Of a stretch of 64,000 nucleotides of DNA, positions 18,875-28,178 are shown piece by piece (within the stretch, counting starts at the first letter, position 1; each line of letters begins with the position of its first letter). The notes under the pieces were generated by a model, which saw nothing but the letters and a program-made list of their open reading frames with translations, ran no database searches and was not told the origin of the DNA. This DNA is from an uncultured Gammaproteobacteria bacterium (lineage in GTDB: Bacteria > Pseudomonadota > Gammaproteobacteria > JASBUN01), in NCBI GenBank assembly GCA_963762165.1, contig CAVXJN010000003.1:1601066-1665065 (forward strand), written 5' to 3'. The translations under genes were made by a program, and so were the position numbers.

Positions 18875-20011
18875 ATGAACTTCTATCTTTACCTGAAACA
18901 TTTTCCCAGCGATGCAGGACCGTTACGGGTCGGCACCTCGAAAGCTGTGCACGGATTGGCGTCAGGATTGGCGGCTTGCGGTGCGCAGGTATCGGTCCTG
19001 TGCGAAGGAGACGAACGGGTGTCGTTCAGATCCGCCGCCGGGTATGACGTGGAGTGCTTCCACAACTCCGGTGCCTACCGTTCGTTTCGTGTGGCGCGTC
19101 AATTGCAGACATTTATTCAGGACACCGTCGACCGGGCATCGCTTGTCATTTTGAACGGCATATTCCACCCGGCGGTTTCCGGAATGTCCAGACTGCTGAG
19201 GCAGTGCGGTCTGCCCTATGTGATGGCGCCTCACGGCGCTTACGATCGACCCGTATTTCAACGCAACGCCCACCTGAAGTGGCCGTACTGGTATGCCTTC
19301 GAAAAGCCGGCGTTGCGCAACGCGTTGGCGATTCAGGTGCTGGACGAACGCCAAGACAAGTGGACCGCGTGCAGAGGCATTCGCACCCCCAGCGTCGAAG
19401 TGCCGAATGGTTTCGCAACGGAAGATCTCTATCCCGAGTCGCGCCTGCGCTGGAGCGGCCACGGTCGCGTCAGGCTTTTGTTCTGGGGACGTATGCACAC
19501 GCAACAAAAGGGCCTCGACCTGCTGTTGGATGCGGTTGCGGCGCTGTCCGCAACAGTACCTACCGAACTCACGGTGCAGGGGCCGGACTGGCACGGAGAA
19601 AAACTGAGTCTCATGCGGCGCGCAACGCGGCTGAGAATCGATGGCATAACCCGTTTTCTCGATCCCGACTTCGATACGCCGCCGCCTGAGGTGATGAGCG
19701 AATACGACATTTTATGTATGCCGTCGCGCTACGAAGGATTCGGCTTAGCGGCGCTGGAGGGAATGCTTGCCGCCCGTCCGCTGTTGGTGAGCGAACCGTC
19801 GGGCATCGCGAGACATGTTCTGGCGAGCGGCTGCGGCTTGGTGGTGAAGCCGAACAAGAACGCCGTCGAGGAAGGTTTGGAGCAGCTTGTGCAACGCCGC
19901 TCGGAATGGCGCGACATGGGTTGCCGCGGGCGCGAGTATGCGCTGCAGACCTTGAACTGGAACGCGATCGCGCGCGCCGCGCTCGATCGCTATCAGGCAC
20001 TGGTGGACTGA
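18875..20011 (+). CDS. Glycosyltransferase family 4 (GT-B)
   Basis: C-terminal GT1/GT4 core LLFWGRMHTQQKGLDLLL...ILCMPSRYEGFGLAALEGMLAARPLLVS. Confidence 0.85.
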   Translation: MNFYLYLKHFPSDAGPLRVGTSKAVHGLASGLAACGAQVSVLCEGDERVSFRSAAGYDVECFHNSGAYRSFRVARQLQTFIQDTVDRASLVILNGIFHPAVSGMSRLLRQCGLPYVMAPHGAYDRPVFQRNAHLKWPYWYAFEKPALRNALAIQVLDERQDKWTACRGIRTPSVEVPNGFATEDLYPESRLRWSGHGRVRLLFWGRMHTQQKGLDLLLDAVAALSATVPTELTVQGPDWHGEKLSLMRRATRLRIDGITRFLDPDFDTPPPEVMSEYDILCMPSRYEGFGLAALEGMLAARPLLVSEPSGIARHVLASGCGLVVKPNKNAVEEGLEQLVQRRSEWRDMGCRGREYALQTLNWNAIARAALDRYQALVD

Positions 20012-20012
20012 C

Positions 20013-21869
20013 ATGTATCGCGCGGATCACCTGCTGCGCCGGTTTTGGCGCGAACTCCACGAGCAGAAGATTCCGTATTGCGTGGTCGGCGACACTGACG
20101 GACTGCCTGAGCGCATCGATAGCGACGTCGACATGGTGGTTTCCGACGAGCACCTGCAACGCATGCCGGAACTGGTGCTCGATTTTTGCCAGGCTCAAGG
20201 GGTGCAGATCGTGCAGCGCCTGGTGCACGAACGGACCGCCGTCTATCTCGTTCTCGCCTGGCTCGAAGCAGACGGTGTGCCGGGTTTCCTGGCACTGGAT
20301 TTCTGTAGCGACTATCTGCGTCGTGGACGGCGGTTGTTGAAAGGGGGCGAAGTACTGGCCTCACGTCGCCCGCGTGCCGAGGGTCCGGAGGGCGGCGGGT
20401 TTTACGTTGCCGCGCCGGCAATCGAGTTCATTTATTACCTGCTCAAAAAAGTCGACAAAGGAAGTCTGGACGCCCGACACGCTGTGCATTTGAGTGCCCA
20501 GTGGCGTCTCGACCCGGAAGCGGGCACGGCGCAGATTGAACGGTTCTGGCGCGACGATCGATGGCGCACGATGTTGTCTGCCGCAGCCGCCAGTGGTGAT
20601 TGGGAATGCGTGCAGAAGGCGTTACCTCAATTGCGCCGGGCATTGCGCCGGGGCTGTCCGATCACCTTCGCGGACCAATGCGGCGAGTGGTTGCGCAGGG
20701 CCCAGCGCTGGTGGCGACCTACCGGCTTCATGCTCGCAGTGCTCGGCGCCGACGGTAGCGGCAAGAGCACCGTAATCGAGAGGTTGCGCGACGACTGGGC
20801 GCCGGCGTTCCGCCAAGTGCGCTATACCCATTTGCGACCGAGATTGTTTGCGCGCGATGCCGGCGCGACTGCTGCCGTGACCGATCCCCATGGGCGCCCC
20901 CCGCGAGGCACCTTGGCGTCATTGATCAAATTGACGTGGTTTGTTGGCGACTATATCGGCGGCTATGTACTGCGCATTCGTCCATGGACGGCGCGCTCGG
21001 CACTGGTGGTTTTCGATCGTTATTTCGACGATCTGTATCTCGATCCGAAGCGCTACCGGTTCGGCGCTCCACTGCGCTGGGCGCGAGCTGCCGCTCGCCT
21101 CGTGCCGCGGCCTGACCTCTGGCTGGTGCTCAACGCTTCCGCTCGCACGTTGCAGGCGCGTAAACAGGAAGTGAGCGCGGAGGTCTCGGCGCTGCAGCAA
21201 CAGGCCTACGCGGCATTTGAGCGGCATGACGCGCGCGTGCAGCCCATCGACGCGGACCGTGCTTTCGAGCACGTACGCGCTCAGGTCAACGCTCTGATGC
21301 TTGTCATGCTGCGCGCGAAGGTCGAGCGCGAGATGCAGCGGGCGGCATGGAGAAACGCTCATAATCCGACCGGTACCAAGGCATTGGTGACGTTCTGCCG
21401 TCGGGACGTGCCGGTGTTGGGCAGAATGATGCGCATTCTGTTCAATAGCGACATTTACTGCCGCCTGGCGTGGCCGCCGAGTCTGCCGCATCCCTACGGA
21501 ATCATCGTTCACTCCCAAGCCGAAATCGGACGCGGCGTCACCATCATGCAACAGGTAACCATCGGCGGGAAGCACGGTACCGATCTGGCGCCTTGTATCG
21601 ATGACCACGTTTACATCGGCGCCGGGGCCAAGGTACTTGGCGGAATCAGGGTCGGGCGCGGGGCCACTATTGGCGCCAACGCCGTAGTGACCAAGGATGT
21701 GCCGCCAGGTGCGACGGTGGTAGGCGCCAACCGGGTTCTGCAACGCAACGATGGTGCGGCCGCCCGGAACCTCGACGGCGCCGTCGTGGAGCAGTTGCGC
21801 CCGGTCGATGGCTCACGACACCGGCCCAGCGTGGCGTCTCGCGCCGCCTCGGCGAGGGAGGAGTCGTGA
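20013..21869 (+). CDS. Three-domain fusion: unknown N-terminal domain, dTMP-kinase-like P-loop domain, serine-acetyltransferase-like hexapeptide (LbH) acetyltransferase
   Basis: Walker A AVLGADGSGKSTVIERL, then VVFDRYFDDLYLDP and PDLWLVLNAS (NMP-kinase-like). C-terminus IVHSQAEIGRGVTIMQQVTIGGKHG...VYIGAGAKVLGGIRVGRGATIGANAVVTKDVPPGATVVG (CysE/LbH). Confidence 0.75.
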   Translation: MYRADHLLRRFWRELHEQKIPYCVVGDTDGLPERIDSDVDMVVSDEHLQRMPELVLDFCQAQGVQIVQRLVHERTAVYLVLAWLEADGVPGFLALDFCSDYLRRGRRLLKGGEVLASRRPRAEGPEGGGFYVAAPAIEFIYYLLKKVDKGSLDARHAVHLSAQWRLDPEAGTAQIERFWRDDRWRTMLSAAAASGDWECVQKALPQLRRALRRGCPITFADQCGEWLRRAQRWWRPTGFMLAVLGADGSGKSTVIERLRDDWAPAFRQVRYTHLRPRLFARDAGATAAVTDPHGRPPRGTLASLIKLTWFVGDYIGGYVLRIRPWTARSALVVFDRYFDDLYLDPKRYRFGAPLRWARAAARLVPRPDLWLVLNASARTLQARKQEVSAEVSALQQQAYAAFERHDARVQPIDADRAFEHVRAQVNALMLVMLRAKVEREMQRAAWRNAHNPTGTKALVTFCRRDVPVLGRMMRILFNSDIYCRLAWPPSLPHPYGIIVHSQAEIGRGVTIMQQVTIGGKHGTDLAPCIDDHVYIGAGAKVLGGIRVGRGATIGANAVVTKDVPPGATVVGANRVLQRNDGAAARNLDGAVVEQLRPVDGSRHRPSVASRAASAREES

Positions 21870-23167
21870 ACGCATCCGTCGCCAGCCAGACCGTACGCGC
21901 ACGGTCATGGCCGATGCAGGAGACTGCTTCTCTGCAATGGTCGGAATACCTGTTCGTGGCCGCCGTGGTCATTGCCGAGTTTCTGGTGGTGGACCCGTTG
22001 GGGTGGCACGTCAATCGCGTGACCGCGCTCAAACATCTGCCACTGGCAGTCGCAGTCTGCGCGGTCTTGCTCACCGTGGCAGGCCGCAAGCTCCAGGTAC
22101 AGCAAAGCAGACCCGGCGCATTGCACCGGGCCTTGCAGGGGACCTGGCCGCTGGCGGTGCTTGCCGTTTTCGTCAGTCTTGGAAGTTTGTATGCACGTCT
22201 GGTGCTCGAGGACCAGGCGACTTTTCTCAATATCGGTGTATACATGTCGATGGTCGTGCTGGCCGCTGTGATGTTTATCGAGTCCAGCAATCCCCACGCG
22301 CTTCTTCGCTGGTATATGGGGACGCTGGTGGCGGGTGCCATCATAATGGGCGCCTATATCGTGCGGTACTACGGTATCACCCAGGTCTATCACGAACAGA
22401 TCTTTCTCGTGATTCCGATCGCGATATGGTTCGCATCGGCGCAAAAGAATCGGCTATTGGCGTGGTTCGGCGCACTGGTCATGCTTTTGCTCGGATTCTT
22501 TTCCGCCAAGAATACCTCTTACCTGGTCGCGCTGTTAATCGGCGCATATATCGTTCTGCACCAGGGCATTCCGCGCTTGCGGCGGATGTCACCCGCAGCG
22601 CGGAGTTTCAGTTATTACCTGATGCTGGTCCTGGCCGCGACCGTGATCGCGGTCGTGGCATATATTTTTCTGCATCGCGAAGAGCTGCTGCCCAGCGGCA
22701 ATGTCGAATATCGAAGCCACACCTATGAACTCGCCTGGCAGCGGTTCTTGGACTCGCCTTTGTGGGGCACGGGCTTCGCCGCTGTAAGCGTGAAGAAGTT
22801 CAGCCTCTACAGCATCAACATCGCGGGTGGCATGTTGCCCACACACAGCGACGTGATGGATCTGCTCGCCAATGGCGGCCTGTTGGCGGTCACCCTTTGG
22901 GCAACGGGAATTCTCATGATCGCCTACCGCACGCGTCGTTGGCTCGTGGCGCGGGTTCATGGTGAACACCCTTGGGCTGCCTATGCGCACACCCTTCTTG
23001 GTCTGTCCGCGGCGGCAATCGTTACCTACTCATTCAACCCCGTACTGCTCGATCCCGGCATGGCGTTCCTGCTTTGGTCCAGCTTGGGTCTGTTGGCCGG
23101 CATGAGCGTGCGGGCAGGCGAGGTCGCAGAATCAACCGAACGAGCGAAAGGAACAGTAAATGTCTGA
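21866..23167 (+). CDS. O-antigen ligase/polymerase family membrane protein (Wzy-like)
   Basis: At least 10 TM helices. Periplasmic loop WGTGFAAVS...PTHSDVMDLLANGGLLAV is typical of the Wzy_C/O-antigen ligase domain. Confidence 0.75.
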   Translation: MNASVASQTVRARSWPMQETASLQWSEYLFVAAVVIAEFLVVDPLGWHVNRVTALKHLPLAVAVCAVLLTVAGRKLQVQQSRPGALHRALQGTWPLAVLAVFVSLGSLYARLVLEDQATFLNIGVYMSMVVLAAVMFIESSNPHALLRWYMGTLVAGAIIMGAYIVRYYGITQVYHEQIFLVIPIAIWFASAQKNRLLAWFGALVMLLLGFFSAKNTSYLVALLIGAYIVLHQGIPRLRRMSPAARSFSYYLMLVLAATVIAVVAYIFLHREELLPSGNVEYRSHTYELAWQRFLDSPLWGTGFAAVSVKKFSLYSINIAGGMLPTHSDVMDLLANGGLLAVTLWATGILMIAYRTRRWLVARVHGEHPWAAYAHTLLGLSAAAIVTYSFNPVLLDPGMAFLLWSSLGLLAGMSVRAGEVAESTERAKGTVNV

Positions 23168-24023
23168 AGGACGATTCGGCACCGATTCCAGCGGATTGAA
23201 AATCTCGCTGGTGACCTGTTCTTATCAGCAAGGCCGCTTTATCGAAGCGACCATGCGGTCAGTCATCGGCCAGAATTTTTCCGATCTCGAGTACATCGTA
23301 ATCGACGGCGGCTCCAAGGATGGCACCCTGGCGGTGCTTGAGCGCTACGAGCCGATGTGCAGCCGCATTGTTTCGGAACCTGACAACGGTCAGACCGACG
23401 CTTTGATCAAAGGCTTTCGACTCGCGACCGGAGACATAATGGGCTGGTTGTGCTCCGACGATCTCCTGCTTCCCGGCGCATTGCAGAAGGTGCAGCAGTA
23501 TTTCGAAAGTCATCCGGACGTGATGGCCGTTTACGGAGATTCATTGTGGATCGACGAGGGCGGCAATGTAATACGCGCCAAGCGGGAAATGCCGTTCAAC
23601 CGGTTCGTATTCCTTTACGACCACAATTACATACCGCAACCATCCATGTTCTGGCGACGCAGTTTGTACGAGCGGGTTGGCGGACTGGATGCAAGCTACG
23701 ACATGGCGATGGACAACGACCTTTGGGAGCGGTTCAGCCGCGTCACGCGAATCGCGCACATGCCGCAGTTATTGTCCTGCATGCGTTTCTACGAGCAGCA
23801 GAAGACCCGCAGCCGGCCGGTAGAAGGCGCCCGTGAGGACGCGCAAATCCGACGCCGAAGCGCATTGTATCGCTACGCTCCGTGGACCTACCCGGCCTGC
23901 CACGCGCTGGCGAAAACGGTGCGCATAGCGGCCAAGCTGCGGCGCAGCGCCTATGGCGGCTCGGTGCCGGAGTCGGTGGGGACGTGGATCTCGCGGCATC
24001 GTATTCCGGTGTCTACGCCATGA
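23160..24023 (+). CDS. Glycosyltransferase family 2
   Basis: ISLVTCSYQQGRFIEATMRSVIGQNFSDLEYIVIDGGSKDGT...CSDD, a GT-A fold with a DxD-like motif. Confidence 0.9.
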   Translation: MSEGRFGTDSSGLKISLVTCSYQQGRFIEATMRSVIGQNFSDLEYIVIDGGSKDGTLAVLERYEPMCSRIVSEPDNGQTDALIKGFRLATGDIMGWLCSDDLLLPGALQKVQQYFESHPDVMAVYGDSLWIDEGGNVIRAKREMPFNRFVFLYDHNYIPQPSMFWRRSLYERVGGLDASYDMAMDNDLWERFSRVTRIAHMPQLLSCMRFYEQQKTRSRPVEGAREDAQIRRRSALYRYAPWTYPACHALAKTVRIAAKLRRSAYGGSVPESVGTWISRHRIPVSTP

Positions 24024-25186
24024 ACGGCGACCCGAGAGTCCGAGCAGTTTCCGAGCTGTTCGCGCCGGACATCGCGCATTCCGGTGCGCATGGTCGGTGG
24101 CTTTTACTGTACGGCAACCGACCCCGTTACCTGCTCCTCCCGAAACACCGGTTTGGTGTCCAGCGGCGTTGCATACGGGTGTTCCGGCGCGGTATCGGCG
24201 CACTCAGGGGCGAGTTGGAGTTGGCATGGAAGCGCATCGCGCCAGGACGCTCGCGGGCTCTCGGGGTCGACGGGAACGCGCCCGGGCAAGCCCAATGGCT
24301 GGCCGATTTCCAGATCGACGGTCTTGCTTTCGCGGCCGTACAAGTAGGCACACCGGGCTCTTATCAAAAGGCCACTGTGCTGTTGCTGGGAAAACTTGGC
24401 GAGCCGCTTGGACTTGCAAAAGTCGCCATGGGAGTCCGCGCCAACGCCATGGTGGATCAGGAGGCGGCGTGGCTGCGACGCATGGCCGCCATCCCAACCA
24501 TGGCGCCCAATATTCCACAATTGCGCGGTCACGGCAGCGCCGGCGGTGGCCGCCGATTCCTGGTCACCGATGTCGGGCCCACGAACCTCTGCTCGGCTGC
24601 GTTCGGCAACGATACGCGCCGGTTTCTGGCCGAGCTCGGCCGCTGCAGTACGCGGATACAGCGATTTCGTGATTCCAATGCGCAGTTGCGTGTTCAGCGC
24701 GGGCTGAAGCAACTCCGTCCGAAACTGTCGAGCGACGCTGAGCAGACGTTGAGCGCCGCTGCGGCTGAAAGCGAACGCCGACTGCGCGATTGGTCGGGTC
24801 CGCTGGTGACCGCGCATGGCGACTTCACGCCCTGGAACGCACGCCGCGGGGACGGTGGGCTCTATGTATTCGACTGGGAGTATGCCTGGGACGGCGCCAC
24901 CCCCGCGCACGATGTCCTGCACTGGCTACTGCTGCCCAAAGTGCTGCGCGGCAGGTCTTTCGGACTACGCACGTTGCGTTCCGTTCAAGCCGCCGTACTT
25001 GCATTCCTTAAAGCAGCCTATGGGCAACAGCGCTGGTCGCACGAGGTGGTAAGCGGCATGACACTGCATTATTTGCTGGACACGATGGTGTTCTATGGGT
25101 TGGCCGATGGTGAGATCAACTTCGATCATCCGGTCAACCGCAACTTCTTTCAAATGCTGGAACGGAGACGCCAATGGATGGTCTGA
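24020..25186 (+). CDS. APH/choline-kinase-like phosphotransferase family protein
   Basis: Catalytic-loop-like HGDFTPWNARRGDGGLYVFDWEYAWDGATPAHDVLHWLL. ATGA overlap with the GT2 stop. Confidence 0.6.
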   Translation: MNGDPRVRAVSELFAPDIAHSGAHGRWLLLYGNRPRYLLLPKHRFGVQRRCIRVFRRGIGALRGELELAWKRIAPGRSRALGVDGNAPGQAQWLADFQIDGLAFAAVQVGTPGSYQKATVLLLGKLGEPLGLAKVAMGVRANAMVDQEAAWLRRMAAIPTMAPNIPQLRGHGSAGGGRRFLVTDVGPTNLCSAAFGNDTRRFLAELGRCSTRIQRFRDSNAQLRVQRGLKQLRPKLSSDAEQTLSAAAAESERRLRDWSGPLVTAHGDFTPWNARRGDGGLYVFDWEYAWDGATPAHDVLHWLLLPKVLRGRSFGLRTLRSVQAAVLAFLKAAYGQQRWSHEVVSGMTLHYLLDTMVFYGLADGEINFDHPVNRNFFQMLERRRQWMV

Positions 25187-26487
25187 GCGCTGGCGAAACG
25201 CCGCATAACGACGGCCTGCAAACGCGGACGTTATCGATTCTGTTGTCGGCGTATGCATGTGAGCCCGGAAAAGGATCCGAGCCGGGGATTGGTTGGCAAT
25301 GGGCGATGAACCTCGCTGCGCTGGGTCATCGGATTTGGATCATAACGCGCGCCAACAACCGCGAAGCGATCGAAAGCGCCATGGCCGTGAGCGGGCTCCG
25401 CAATGTCACTTTTTTGTACTATGACTTGCCGGCCTGGATGCGCAAATGGAAAAAGGGCGGTCGAGGCGTACACCTGTATTACCTGCTATGGCAGTGGGGG
25501 GCCTACCGAGTTGCGCGCAGACTGCTTACGCGGGTGCCGATCGACGTGGTACACCACATCACCTTCGGCGTTTATCGCCACCCATCGTTCATGGCATTTC
25601 TCGGGGTGCCGTTTGTGTTCGGTCCGGTCGGCGGTGGCGAACGGGCACCGTGGGCGCTGCGTAAGGGGTTTCCACTGCGCGGCCATGTTGTCGATGCGCT
25701 GCGTGACGGCGCCAATATGGTGGTGCATGTCGATCCGCTGATGCGCGCAATGTTCCGGCGTACTGCGCTGACTTTGTGCAAAACCCGCGAGACCCTGGAG
25801 CGGGTGCCGATGCAGTATCGGAGCAACTGCAGGGTACAACTGGAACTGGGCATGGATGCAGATGGCGGTGCGGACGATAGGGAGTTCGGCAAGCGTGACG
25901 CAGCGGCCGGGTTCCACGTCTTATTTGTCGGCAGGCTGTTGTACCTGAAAGGCCTTCATCTGGCGCTGCAAGCTTTCGCCCGCAGCTTCCGTGGCGACCT
26001 TACTGCGCGGTTCACGATCATCGGCAGCGGCAGGGACGAACCCTGGATCCGCGACTTGGCGCATCGGTTGGGTCTCGAGCCGCAGATCGATTGGATTCCT
26101 TGGATGGCGCAGGAGGACTTGATGCTGGAGTACCGAGAGCACGACGTGTTGCTCTTTCCGAGCCTTCATGATTCCAGTGGCAACGTTATCTTGGAAGCCA
26201 TGAGTCACGGTCTTCCGGTGATCTGCGTGAATCTGGGCGGCCCCGGGGAAATGGTGCATAGCGATTTCGGCATTTCGGTTCCGGCGGGCTCGAAGCAACA
26301 AGTCATCGTCGGGTTGTCCGAGGCGTTGACCGGTTTGGTGCGCGACCCGGACCGTCTTGCGGAGATGGCGCGTCAAGCGCGTTTACACGCACGCAAAACA
26401 TTCTCCTGGCGCAGTCAGGCCCGGCGTATGACCGGGTTTTATGAACAGGCGATCGCCTCGCCCATGTGCACGGAGCGCGCCCCATGA
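25174..26487 (+). CDS. Glycosyltransferase family 4 (GT-B)
   Basis: LSILLSAYACEPGKGSEPGIGWQWA N-terminus and C-terminal LLFPSLHDSSGNVILEAMSHGLPVIC core. Confidence 0.85.
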   Translation: MDGLSAGETPHNDGLQTRTLSILLSAYACEPGKGSEPGIGWQWAMNLAALGHRIWIITRANNREAIESAMAVSGLRNVTFLYYDLPAWMRKWKKGGRGVHLYYLLWQWGAYRVARRLLTRVPIDVVHHITFGVYRHPSFMAFLGVPFVFGPVGGGERAPWALRKGFPLRGHVVDALRDGANMVVHVDPLMRAMFRRTALTLCKTRETLERVPMQYRSNCRVQLELGMDADGGADDREFGKRDAAAGFHVLFVGRLLYLKGLHLALQAFARSFRGDLTARFTIIGSGRDEPWIRDLAHRLGLEPQIDWIPWMAQEDLMLEYREHDVLLFPSLHDSSGNVILEAMSHGLPVICVNLGGPGEMVHSDFGISVPAGSKQQVIVGLSEALTGLVRDPDRLAEMARQARLHARKTFSWRSQARRMTGFYEQAIASPMCTERAP

Positions 26488-28178
26488 TCCGCATCGAAAT
26501 TCCGTTCTGGACGATTGCCTTCGCGGCTCTGCTCGTTTCAGGCGTCGCATCGACCGTCGAAGCGGCCGTGCTGGTGGTCGACCGCGCGAGTCCCCAGGCC
26601 AAGGACTCCGGACCCGGCACCGCTGCACAGCCGTTGCGCACGCTGGCCGAGGCCCTGCGTCGCATTCAGCCCGGCGACGTAGTGCAGATCGCGCCCGGCG
26701 TCTATCGCGAATCCATTGATCTGCGCCATACCAGTCTTGCCCATGGGACGTCGGATGCCCGCACGGTAATTGAAGGGCGCGACAGCAGCAGTGTGACCAT
26801 CAAGGGGTCGGATTCCGTAACCGGCTGGAAGGCGCTCGGTGACGACCGATATGTGCGTCACGATTGGCAGGTGAATTCACAACAAGTGTTCGTGGACGGT
26901 CGGGCGTTGCGTCAGATCGGAGGGACCATACTGCACGGGTTTCCCGATGATGCCCATCATCCCCTGGCCAAAATTCACGTGGGCGCCGGCGGGATCTGGC
27001 CTGGGCGTACGGACGGAAGCGCCGACGAAATGCCGTACGGAAGCTTTTACTACGATCGCAAACGTCACGATTTATACGTCAGGGTCCACGCTGAGTCTCT
27101 GGATGAGCACAAGGTCGAGGTAAGCGTGCGACCGTTTCTGGTGATCGGCGAGGGCATCAACAACCTCACGTTGCGCAACATGACCTTCCGACATGCGAAT
27201 ACAACCGATGTGGCACAGTCGGGCGCGGTGTCATTGCGTGGCAATGGTCTTGCGCTGGAAGACCTCGATATCCAGCACGTAGACGGCGCCGGCATGGATA
27301 TCACCGGCGATCACAACTTGATCCGTTCGGTAACCGCCGACTACTGCGGGCAATTGGGTATCAAGGCGCGCGGCACGGATGTACACGTGATCGACAACGA
27401 TGTCTCCTACAACAACACGCGTGGCTTCAACAAGTGGTGGGAGGCGGGCGGAGCAAAATTCGTCGGCGGTGGCGGTCTCAAGGATTCCGTAGTCAGCGGC
27501 AATACCGCGATCGGCAACGAAGGCGACGGCATCTGGTTCGACTGGCTGAATCAGAACAACCGGGTCGAACACAACGTGGTCGCATACAACAGTGGCTTCG
27601 GCATTCAATATGAAGCCAGCAGCGGCGCCGTGATTCGCAGTAATCAAGTGTTCAGCAACAAACAGCGCGGTATCTACCTTCCGAACAGCCGCGACTCTAA
27701 GATCGAACAAAATTTGGTGGTGGACAACGGTTTGGGTGGCATCGTGGCGGTCGACGCGCGGCACGGAAAATACGGCAAATACGATCTGCAGCCACGTAAC
27801 AACCGCTTTCGGAACAACATCCTCGCGTGGAACCGGGGCGCGCAGATCACCATTGCCGACGATGCGGACGGGGCACGTTCCGATCACAACCTGTTCGTGA
27901 CCGAGCCCGGACAGCAACCGAGCTTCTCGGAAGGATTCGGTTCCAAGACCCAACCCAAACGCATTGGCTTGGAAGCCTGGAAAAAAGCTTCAGGACAGGA
28001 CAAGAATTCGGTCGCCATCGATTTGGCAATGCCTCCCGGGCTGGAGAAATCTTTGAGCGCGCGCGATGTGCGGCCGGACTGGTCGGTGCTGTTACGGGAA
28101 CGGCAGAGAGTCGGCGCGCCGTTGCAGTTGGGATTCGAGAGTCGGAAAACTTCGCCCTCGGCGGGAGAAGGCTCATGA
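26484..28178 (+). CDS. Secreted right-handed parallel beta-helix repeat protein (pectate-lyase-fold)
   Basis: Signal peptide MIRIEIPFWTIAFAALLVSGVASTVEA. Repeated beta-helix turns (NLTLRNMTFRHAN, GNGLALEDLDIQH, VIDNDVSYNN, VVSGNTAIGNEGDGIWF, VEHNVVAYNSGFGIQ, IRSNQVFSN, IEQNLVVDN). ATGA overlap with the upstream GT. Confidence 0.75.
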   Translation: MIRIEIPFWTIAFAALLVSGVASTVEAAVLVVDRASPQAKDSGPGTAAQPLRTLAEALRRIQPGDVVQIAPGVYRESIDLRHTSLAHGTSDARTVIEGRDSSSVTIKGSDSVTGWKALGDDRYVRHDWQVNSQQVFVDGRALRQIGGTILHGFPDDAHHPLAKIHVGAGGIWPGRTDGSADEMPYGSFYYDRKRHDLYVRVHAESLDEHKVEVSVRPFLVIGEGINNLTLRNMTFRHANTTDVAQSGAVSLRGNGLALEDLDIQHVDGAGMDITGDHNLIRSVTADYCGQLGIKARGTDVHVIDNDVSYNNTRGFNKWWEAGGAKFVGGGGLKDSVVSGNTAIGNEGDGIWFDWLNQNNRVEHNVVAYNSGFGIQYEASSGAVIRSNQVFSNKQRGIYLPNSRDSKIEQNLVVDNGLGGIVAVDARHGKYGKYDLQPRNNRFRNNILAWNRGAQITIADDADGARSDHNLFVTEPGQQPSFSEGFGSKTQPKRIGLEAWKKASGQDKNSVAIDLAMPPGLEKSLSARDVRPDWSVLLRERQRVGAPLQLGFESRKTSPSAGEGS

